DNA of 64,000 nucleotides from Octopus vulgaris (lineage: Eukaryota). The stretch covers positions 54,684,001 through 54,748,000 of the forward strand of contig OX597816.1 in NCBI GenBank assembly GCA_951406725.2, in the 5' to 3' direction. The notes beneath the pieces are model-generated. The model was not told where the DNA came from. It saw only the letters and a program-made list of their open reading frames with translations, and searched no databases. The stretch's first letter is position 1. Each line of letters starts with the position of its first letter. Made by a program: the position numbers and the translations under genes. Below, one piece after another: positions 14,051 through 24,179 of this stretch.

Positions 14051-14714
14051 CATACATATATATATATATATACATACATACATACACATATACATACATG
14101 TACATATACACATACACACACACATATATATACATACACATACATATATCAACAATTGAGGGTAAGGTTAATTAGTTATTAATCAATTTCACCAAGTATT
14201 CAGTTGTAAAAGGACCATTATTTTTATGAGTAAACAATGTCTGAGGGAAAATATTCTCTAAGTAGTGGAAGAGGCTAAAAAACTTTATTGGCTGCTATTT
14301 CTAGAAAGTTCAGTATGCGGCAGAGTAATTTACCCCACTAAGCCCTAATTATATAATATTTTATACATACATACACATACATACACACATACATATACAC
14401 ATACATATGCATACACACATATATACATATATACATACATACATCTATACATATATACACACACACACACACACACGCACATACATATATATATATATAT
14501 ATATACACATATATATATATATATTTTTACATACATACACGCACACACACATAATACATGCGTATAATCCTACTATACCCATACATTTCTATACATATAT
14601 ACGATACACATATACAAGCGTGCACATACAATATGTGAAAGGTCTTAGGAGAAAAGGTAATCGGGGGTGCTAGGGGAACGGTGGGATTGGGGGGGTTTTG
14701 TGGGTGGGGTGTCA

Positions 14715-15970
14715 TCAATCTGGTTGCCGGGTAGGTCTATAGTTCTTGTAGTTCGCATACTTCTTATGCATACAATTTGGGGAGTGTTCTGAGATTTTGT
14801 TAAGGAGAGGGCCTTTGGCGAACAAGATCTCTAGGCTCTCCGATATGCAGAGGTCACAGCAGGTATGGCCTCCTGTGTACGAGCGCGCCTTCTGTAGTAG
14901 TTTCCACTTGGTCTTGAAGGGGATGGAGTTCCTTTTAAGGTACCAGATGTGGGCGGCGAGGGTAGTTTGGTTGGATTTATCTTGTCGCCGGAACGAGTGT
15001 GTGTGTGCGTACCAACGGGTCTTAAAGCTGTTTGACGTCATTCCTATGTAGGATTTTCTTTTATCGTCAGGGCCTGATCTTACCTCGCATGTATATACTA
15101 GGTCCCTCTGTAGGCAGTTGTTGTTGAGGGGGCAGGTGGTTTTATCAGGGCAGTTGCAATTGCTATCGGACGTTGGATGGGCCTCGGAAAAAGTAGATAT
15201 GTTAAGTTTTTTCACATTGTTGTTGGCTAGGTTCCTGGCTAGATTGGGCGTGGTAGAGTAGGAGAGTCTAATAGTGTTCTTATTTAGGATAGTGTAGTAC
15301 TTATGTTGGGTGGGGAAGTGTTTCTGTAGGAGAGTGAAGAAGATTTTAGCTACAGGTGTAGCGACCTCACGGTTGAAGGGGGGTTGTACCAGCTAATGTG
15401 TCTTCGTCTATTTTTCCTGGGTTGGCGTGGGGCTATACTAGTATAGGTAATCTTATCTTTGAAGCCACTGCGGGCCAGGGCCTCGTTGTAATAGGGGGCT
15501 GCGGCCTTAAAGATATCTTCCGTGGCGGACAGGCTAGAAATTCTAATTGAGACACTTTTTACTAGGTTATCTAATATATTTTTGGGGTGGTTGGAATTAA
15601 TATCTATATATTTAAGGGATTCATTCGGTTTGTGGTACGGGTAATAAAGTGAGGTTTTTAAGTCGAGGGTGACATCAAGGAAGTTAGCTTTAGTTAAGTT
15701 GGATTCTAAGGTAATCCTAAGGCCTAAGTTTTTAAAGAAGGTGTAAAGATTTTTCCGGAGCCCATCCGTGGTCCTGGGGTTTATTTTGTGGAGGGCGAAA
15801 AGGCCGTCATCGCGGTAAAGACCACCGGAGAGGCCTGTGAATAGGGTTTTCAGCCTATGGAGGATGAAAAGGCCCACTAGGTCACTTATTTCAGCAGAGT
15901 CGTTAGCACCCATGCTGACGTCGAAGGGGGGTCACAGATTTTTTGTTGATCCAGTGGGATCCGTCATAGA
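14715..15970 (-). CDS. PLE reverse transcriptase C-half plus GIY-YIG endonuclease (two frameshifts)
   Basis: FDVSMG..DSAEISDLVGL, GLYRDDGL, NFLDVTL, SNHP, WYNPP, CNC..CPL..C, LVY..SYIGMT, CDLC..E..LLNK..E...C.H. Frameshifts lie in G6 runs at ~15380 and ~15928. Confidence 0.9.
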
Positions 15971-16250
15971 AAAGAAAAGAAAAGAAAAGAAAAGAAAAGA
16001 AAAGAAAAGAAATATATATATGGATATATATATGCGCGTATATATATGTATGTATGTGGGTGTGTGTATGTGTATAAATGTATGTATGTATGGATGTATG
16101 GATGTATGTATGTATACGTATGTATGTGTATGTGGGTATATGTATGTATGTGTATGTGTGTATATATGTGTATATGTGTGTATATGTGTATATATGTGTA
16201 TGTATGTGTGTGTATGTATATATTTGTATATATATGTGAATATATATATA

Positions 16251-16301
<51 letters not shown>

Positions 16302-16705
16302 ATTTGTATGTAGGTGTACGTGTATGTGTGTGTATTTATATTTATTGGTGTATATGTATAGACTAGCCTTCTAAGAGTGTAGACATGAATCTGTAGGTAC
16401 GCGTACGTATGTGTATATACGTGAATGTATGTAGATGTATGTGAATATAACGCGTGCGTGCGTGTATGTGTATGAGTGTACGAATGAGTGAGTGTACGTG
16501 CTATAGAGTGTGCGTGAGTGAATGAGTGCTTGTTTTCCAGTAGACAGATAAATGGACTGGCTGTCATAGCCAAGATGTTTGTGACCAAGCGGCCAAAGAT
16601 AACAAAAGTAATAAACGAAGATAATAAAATTAAAATTAGGGAATGGGTCTGTATTTGTATGTGTATATATATATGTGTGTATGTGTAGATATGCATAGGT
16701 ACACG

Positions 16706-16780
<75 letters not shown>

Positions 16781-17196
16781 ATGTATATGTATGTGTGTGT
16801 ATGTATATATATATATGTGTGTATGTGTATATATGTGTATATAGGGACTAGTGTGCTGGGTGTGCATGTGTGTGTGTGGATTTGTGTGTGTATGCGTGTA
16901 TGTGAGTATGTGTGTGTATGTGTATATATATTTTTCTGTGTGTATATGTATGTGTGGTCGTGTGTGTGTATATATACATGTGTGTATACGTGTATGCATG
17001 TGAGTGTGTGTATGTATACATATATGTGTATGTGTAGATATGTATATGTATGTGTAAGTGTATATATATGTATATATATATATGTGTGTGTATGTATGTG
17101 TGTATGTATATGTATATGTTTGTATGCGTGTGTATATATGTATACATATGTGCATAGGTATAAGTGAGAATCTCCTTATTTACCTAAAACTCTATC

Positions 17197-17231
<35 letters not shown>

Positions 17232-17412
17232 TTTTATTTTTTTATTTTTTATTTTTTATTTTTTATTTATTCTTCTATCTAATTTAACACTGACTCCTTG
17301 ACCACTCCCCCAAGTATGATATTTTGCGCTATGCCTACCCCCAAAAAGTCCCCCACCAACACCCCTTTAAACCTGCCTAAATGTATAAATGCCAATACAA
17401 TTCTTGTTAACT

Positions 17413-17463
17413 AGCTTCCTGAAGATTTCTCTTGAATGAAACAGTTCTAGTCCTGTAGAAGCT
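17413..17463 (+). ncRNA. type I hammerhead ribozyme in inverted pLTR
   Basis: AGCTTC-CTGAAGA-tTTCtcttGAAt-GAAA-CAG..CTG-TA-GAAGCT: 6-bp stem I, canonical core, GUA cleavage triplet. Confidence 0.8.
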
Positions 17464-17474
17464 CCTTCTATATA

Positions 17475-17520
<46 letters not shown>

Positions 17521-17559
17521 TCCTTGTTTCAGCTCAAGTTGATGCTGCACCTTTATTAC

Positions 17560-18330
17560 TCATCCTTTAGTTATTTACAGATCATTTGGTAAATGACGGG
17601 GTTTGATGCTGCTGTCTTCATTCCAGATTGATTTCTGCTGTGAAGTTGCCTCATCAGGGAATCTTGAGACTAGGCAATCCAGTTTAGTTTTGAAAACATT
17701 TGCATCCACACCATGTAGGTCCCTCAGCTCTCTCAGGATGGTATTGAAGAGATGTTAACCCTTGAACCTCGCGCTATTGCAGTATCTGGTTCTGTATTTT
17801 GATGGTCGGGGAGGGACTTTTCAGGTTCTAAGCAATGTCAACGTCTTCTGGTGTTTGTAAAACTTCCATCAACAAAGTTTGGGACAAGTCTTTCCAGATG
17901 TATATTGCAGCATATCTTTCCTGCTTTCTTTCCGGAGATTATAGTCTTAACCTCTCGAGTGTTACTCTGAAGCTAAGTTTCTGCTTCGAGGCTATATTCT
18001 ATGTGTAGCTTTGCTGGACTGCTTTGATTTCTGCTATTAATTTAACACTGTATAGTGACGATAGTTAGCAGCTATTATCATAATGGCTTAGGAAAAATGT
18101 CGTCCAGAGGGCCATCATGGCTCCCTGCTCACTTGTTCTGAAAATTCTAAGAATTCATCCACCCTGCTGCCTATATTTCATTACCAAATTAGTAATATGC
18201 ACTACTCATATCATTGACCGGGTCACAAATTAATTGTGATTCTGGAACAGCGATCCCTCTGATTCCAGTGTATTTTGTCTACATTGCATTAAACTCTGTC
18301 ACCTGATAGTGTAGGGCTTGGAAATTTACA
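17560..18330 (-). mobile_element. CR1-like LINE 3' relic
   Basis: Minus translation RYCNSARFKG..LFN...LRDLHGVDANVFKTKLD..FPDE parallels 30900-31050 and 54570-54705. Confidence 0.7.
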
Positions 18331-18448
18331 TATATTATAATATATTACCCATAATAGATACACACAAATACAGACATACACACACACACATACAGACACA
18401 CACTCACACGCACACATGCATATATATTATTTATTTATAAAATATAAA

Positions 18449-18720
18449 TACTGTGTTGAGTTAAAAGTCTTGCAATATTTTGGGAAACTAATTGCTGTAT
18501 TCTTAAATTTTCAACAAAAGCAGCCTAGTATTCAAAGTGTTGCACTGTTTGAAGACACCTTTCTGCCAGTTCTTTAACCCCATGCTGATACCAGTTTTTG
18601 CCCTTCAACGCCAAGAACTCTGTCGCTGGTGCTGAAGTTTCCACTTCGTTGATGAAGCATCGCAAACGCAGGAAGTGAGCCGTGACTGAAAGAATAGTTC
18701 TCAGCAGTGTGTTATGCATT
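18449..18720 (-). mobile_element. mariner transposon 3' fragment
   Basis: KNWYQHGVKELAERCLQTVQH..EY resembles the mariner transposase C-terminus; TIR-like TACTGTGTTGAGTTAAAAGTC at 18449. Confidence 0.7.
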
Positions 18721-18740
18721 ATTAAATGGAATAATCTTGG

Positions 18741-18795
<55 letters not shown>

Positions 18796-20236
18796 GCATA
18801 CATACATATATATACATACATACATATATATATATTATTATTATTATTATCATTGTCTGAAGATCATGAGAAAATGTGGCACCAGGGGGCCTCACTTCTT
18901 GATCCTTTTCCTCCTACAAGGCACTCAACGACAGTGATATTTTGTACTTGGGGTTTATTCCATAACATGTTAGTTACCCCATAGTTAGGTCAGAGTAGAC
19001 CAAAGAAGATGGTGGTTAAGAGGTCGTGTCACACTCTCCAAAGTCATAGAACTCTCGAACCAGGGTCCCACTAGTTTAAAGTCATATCCAAGACACAGGT
19101 AATATATCTAATATGGTGGCACGTAGAAGAGCGAACATTGAAATTCCAGACAAAAACTATATTTAGCCAAAATTGAATTCGTGAATCAACTGTCACTGTT
19201 AAACCCAAAACTAATGAATATCTTACAAACTATCATGCTTACAATACGAAATTTTTGTGACTAAATATTGAGATTCTAGATTGAAATCAGTTTGCTGAGT
19301 TAATGTAATGATTATTGATTGATAGATAATCACAAAATATGGCAAATCGGTATTTTCATGAAAAATGTTATATGCAGCAGATACGTGTTTATGTTTTTGG
19401 TTTTTAAGTAAGCAGAATCATAATTGTAATTGTAAAGCAAACATTCGAATCAGAGATAGGCTTAGTAATTTCATTATATTGACTCTGATGTTATACTCGC
19501 CTGTTTAAACGAAAGCCGCCAATTTGTAGGAATAACAGTTTCATGCGGCTCTCGTGACTCTACAGGAGAAGATAAAATCTAGATAAATACGAAGAACTTA
19601 ATGATAACTGGCATAAACTACTGTTCTCTTTTGCTTTAACTCTTTACATCGCTTCACTGATGCGTGTTAAAGTTAAGATGTGAGAACGGAATGTATGGAT
19701 GACTGGTTAGATTATCGGAGAAATTCTGAAAATAATCCGAACAAGTAATGTATTATCCCGCGAGAGAAATTTATTTAAGTTAATGTCGTTCGGCTGGCAC
19801 TAACACTTATAAAATTGATATTACTATATAGCCATGAATTAGGAGTGGGTTGGGAGTTTATGCTGGAGGGGAGAAATACATCAGTAATTTTATGATGGAA
19901 GTGAGGTTGAAGGAGTCACTGTGAATAGTGACGGCACGATCAAATTAAAACTTATTAAATTACCACAGTATGAAGTGACTACATGAAAGTTCTCAAGAGA
20001 AGGGAAATGATTTTAATTAGAGTCAATCACACAAAAAGTAGGTAGATATATGTATAGACAGGAAGAAATGTAGCGAAATATTTCCGGTTACTGTGTCTGA
20101 TAAAATCTTAGCATAAAAAGTAGTTCTGATTGTGGAAACTCATTATGATAATCGATATAACCTACATTCTTTCTAATTATTTATAACTAAAACACTCTCA
20201 TACAGGTGTACAGGGGTGTATGTATATATTTGTATA

Positions 20237-20296
<60 letters not shown>

Positions 20297-20690
20297 TACA
20301 TATATATATATATACTCTTTACTCTTTTACTCTTTTACTTGTTTCAGTCATTTGACTGCGGCCATGCTGGGGCACCGCCTTTAGTCGAGCAAATCGACCC
20401 CGGGACTTATTCTTTGTAAGCCCAGTACTTATTCTATCGGTCTCTTTTGCCGAACCGCTAAGTGACGGGGACGTAAACACACCAGCATCGGTTGTCAAGC
20501 AATGCTAGAGGGACAAACACAAACACACACACATATATATACATATATACGACAGGCTTCTTTCAGTTTCCGTCTACCAAATCCACTCACAAGGCATTAA
20601 TCAGCCCGGGGCTATAGCAGAAGACACTTGCCCAAGATGCCACGCAGTGGGACTGAACCTGGAACCATGTGGTTGGTTAGCAAGCTACTT

Positions 20691-22910
20691 TATTTCATAA
20701 CATTTGCCATAAAGGCAGTACATAGAGTAAGTTAGCTTTGCGGGCTGGACGAGGACATTAATGAAGTGAATGATAATGAAAGAAAGATGATGGGGATGGG
20801 AGAAGACAAAAAGCGCTTCTCTAAAACATTGTTCTTTTAAAAACAAACACAAAACGAGGTATTAAACCTCTTACAATTTCTACAACTTTTCAATTTTTGG
20901 ACTTAACAGTCCATTACTAATAACAACATAGTTCAATAATTACATATATAAATACAATACACAAAGCCCCTCCTCCCAGACCTGGCTTACACTTCCCTTA
21001 GGAATGCGCCAGCTCTAGGTCGGGGCCACTCAAGTCGTATCACAATTTGACTCGTCCTCGAAATAAATTGTGCCCTCATCCTCCACCATCCACCACGCCT
21101 CCCTCAGAATGTAATCGAATTCCGAGTTAGCGTCGCCCGGGACCAAGCTATAATCCTCATTGAGCTCCTTCAGCCCAAGCGTCACGTCGAACGCCACGGC
21201 CTCCACAGTTACCTGCGGAAGCCATTCGGGGTCCTGTGTGAAGGCTAAAGGTGCTCCCTTGTGGTGCTTTTCCATCACCTTTTCAATCTCTCCGCCTCTA
21301 TAGAAGAGGATCAATACCTCGTTTTTGCTCGGGTGCGGGATATTCAATTCTTTTGTTGGCGGCACAGTTCCCGCCAACGGTATTTCTTCTCCTGTCGGTG
21401 GCACAACCCCAACCGACGTAGTTCCGGGACATTCCGATGCTGTGTCACCGACAGCCGGTAATGTTCCGTTTCTCTTCCTCTTTTTCTTTCTTTTCTTTTC
21501 AACTGAGGGAGGGTGCATCTCCTCCGTGGCCGGAAGATTCGCCTTTCCCTCCTCATCCCTAGTATCCTTTGGTGAGCACCCATTGTTGCTCACCTTCCTC
21601 TTTCGGCCTCTGTTTGAGGAGTCCTCCGCTTCCTCGGCCGTTTTCATTCCCTCTTCTACAGGGGTTTCACTTAACTGTTCCGGGATCCTATTTTGTTCCC
21701 GGGGACAGTTCTTCTTTATATGGCCGGACTCCAAGCACCGATGACACTTAGGGGGACGACCCTCAAGCATCACCGGGTACCTGCACCTGGCCATTTTCAA
21801 AAAATCTGGAAGAACCAGATTGGCTGATTGGGTCCAAAGGGTCAAAATTGCTTTTGACCCAACCCAAGCAGCCGCAGGAAAAACTTTCACATTAAGGAGC
21901 TTAGTTTCGCTGCCACCCAGACCCCGGCGGATAGTCTCCTCTATCCACTCGGGTTTTATCCCGGGTGGCAGCCCGCAGATCCAAGCTTTCGTCAGTCTCT
22001 TTTTTGGTACGTGGGCAGGAATAAAATTTCCTTACCCTCCAGGGGTTTACTAGCAAATTTGCAAGCCTCTTCAGGGGTGTCAAATAGCAACCACACCGTT
22101 GCATATTTGACACCCCTGGAAATGAATTTAATTGTTGGCAAATACTCTGCCAACTCCTTTTCAATTGCCGTCCTTTCGAATTGGGCGATGGTGTCGAGTG
22201 CCTTGGAGTAGGTTCTCAACACCACCGTCCTATCTTCACGGTCTTTTAACCACATTTCAGGCGGTATAATCTCCCATTCCAAAATTTTGTCATTTTTCAT
22301 TGCCATGTTCCTTTGTTTTGTTTTTTTTAATATATTCAAAATAAACTTAAAAAGCGAGAAGAAAAAAGTTCAAAAGTCCAAATAAAATTTGATAGATTTT
22401 TGAAAGTCAGTAAACTGCAAAACAAAGCAAAAATCTTCTGGCCTTACGGTACTCCCGGCCTGAGTTGAACCTGGAACGCCGCAACTGGAACACAACCTCC
22501 ACAAAAATTGGTCCAAAAGGTAATCCAAAAGTGGCTTATTCTTATAATTTTCTTGCGATATACTCCGACAAAGGAATAAATTCAACAAACCCAACCACAG
22601 CACTGGCCACCGCCAACGGTAATTTTATCAGTAACTGTATTGGGTTTCGAGGATACGCGCCTCCACTGTTTTTTTTTTTCAATAAATACAAAAACGGCAG
22701 CCGCCGAGAGCAGGCGAAATTGTCTCAGAGTTGGACACAACTTACTGAAATAATAATTAGCACGCAATAAATTATGCCCAACTCACAATAAACAAAATCA
22801 CTCACCTCGACAACTTTCCGTTTTTGGTCTTTTTTCTGTAATTGGACGGAGCTGGTTAACTCACGTCCACTCTGGCTCAACAGGAAGCAACTGACTAACT
22901 GCGCATGTGT
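20691..22910 (-). mobile_element. ORF1-only non-LTR retroposon (HAL1-like / Tx1-L1-derived)
   Basis: 15-bp TSD GTTAGCAAGCTACTT at 20676-20690 and 22911-22925; ~600-nt 5'UTR, one ORF, ~340-nt 3'UTR ending at AATAAA; no RT. Confidence 0.8.
21030..22306 (-). CDS. LINE ORF1-like nucleic-acid-binding protein with CCHC zinc knuckle (~425 aa after one frameshift fix)
   Basis: ORFs 21992-22339 and 21030-21890 join if one A is added to the run at ~22000 (YQKKRLTKAWICGLPPGIKPEWIE). Contains CHRCLESGHIKKNC and basic KKRKKKRKR. Confidence 0.75.
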
Positions 22911-22952
22911 GTTAGCAAGCTACTTACCACACAGCCACTCCTGCGCATACAC

Positions 22953-23000
<48 letters not shown>

Positions 23001-23003
<3 letters not shown>

Positions 23004-23214
23004 GGGAGAGTTTGCAAAAAAAGAAACAAAAGATGAAGACAGGTGGTGTACAAAACAAACATATGTATTAGTATAACGCTCAGGAATAGAAAAAGTCTTT
23101 CACGTTTCGAGCCTACGCTTTTCTACAGAAAGGGACTCAGAAAAAAAACAAGGAGATAAACAAAGAGGGAAAAAAGGAGACAAAAAATGTGTAGCGGCTA
23201 ACGATCTATCATGC

Positions 23215-23251
<37 letters not shown>

Positions 23252-23340
23252 ATCCAAACATGAAAACACAAAGAGAAAACACAACAACGCTAGGACGTGG
23301 AACAAGTATAGTATTATTGGACGCTCAGGAAAGAAGGAAA
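23001..23340 (-). mobile_element. two PLE pLTR-like remnants in (AT)n, one with a minimal hammerhead-like motif
   Basis: Minus CTTT-CTGTAGA-aaagcgtaggctc-GAAACGTG-AAAG at ~23097-23132; 23245-23325 recurs inverted at 28835-28915. Confidence 0.55.
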
Positions 23341-23364
23341 TATATATATATATATACACGCATA

Positions 23365-23580
23365 AAGTAATGTTCATCGCCACGTAAACATGGGCGTTCT
23401 ATCAGAACAGACAATGCTGCTCTTTAATGAACGAGTGTCCATCAACGAAGATGACGAAAATGAGGTCGAAATCACGTGGCTTGGCGGTCTCCGAGCTAGA
23501 ATATATATCTAGTACGAAATGTACTGTGTTTAAAATAGCAGTATCGAACATCCATGTTTAGGTGGCGATAAACGTTACTT
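23365..23580. mobile_element. MITE-like element with ~35-bp inverted repeats
   Basis: AAGTAATGTTCATCGCCACGTAAACATGGGCGTTC vs reverse complement AAGTAACGTTTATCGCCACCTAAACATGGATGTTC. Confidence 0.7.
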
Positions 23581-23636
23581 CTCCGAATAAATAGTACTTT
23601 CGGCGCTAATAGAAATTTCCTTAACGAGCTAGTTTG

Positions 23637-23712
<76 letters not shown>

Positions 23713-24179
23713 TTTTAAAGTTTGTCGGTCTTTCTTTCTATTTCCTTTCTCTTCTCTTTTCTTTCTCTTCCTTGTTCCTGTCTTTCTCCCTTTCTTTACG
23801 AAACGAATTTGACATCTTGAATTATCATCAGAATCAGTTACTTGTAATAAAGCTACAAATCAGACAATCTTCAAATACATTCCTTCTTTCTCTCTACTTT
23901 CTTTTCTCTTTTCTGTCCTTCTTCCCTGTCTTCCCAACTTTCTTTCTTTCCTCTCTTCTTTCCTCTTTGCTCTTTCTTATTTTCGATATACGTACTTATA
24001 CATAATAAAAAAATCATCCCCTTTTAGATTTGTATAAAATGGTAAAAAATTTTTTCTATAAAACTTATATCTGAGGAGTTTCCATGATTGAGATGAAAGC
24101 GCTAATAAAGAATTATCCTAAATTCTGACCCCTTCCTTTTCCGTAATATATAAAATCTGTACATCATTTCAAACAATCT

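Larger units (their letters stand above)
10943..17480 (-). mobile_element. Penelope-like element (Naiad-like), 5'-truncated, with inverted pLTR
   Basis: RT plus GIY-YIG coding region at 14715-15970; inverted arms 11012-12477 and 16012-17480; hammerhead in each arm; (AT)n on both flanks. Confidence 0.9.
20314..22947 (-). mobile_element. SINE family A split by a 2.2-kb insertion (20314-20690 plus 22911-22947)
   Basis: The two halves rejoin to match the 57822-58230 copy. Confidence 0.9.

Noticed and set aside
11241-14175. Long YI/HT/CV-rich ORFs (also 15932-17282, 28775-29127, 32647-33019, 45718-46076)
   Set aside because: Translations of TA/CA/TG microsatellites, which lack stop codons.
15932-15934. 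In-frame TGA before the PLE RT as selenocysteine (some Naiads are selenoproteins)
   Set aside because: The alternative frame FYDGSHWINKK fits the RT better through a homopolymer slip; the Cys motifs use normal codons, and I recognised no SECIS.
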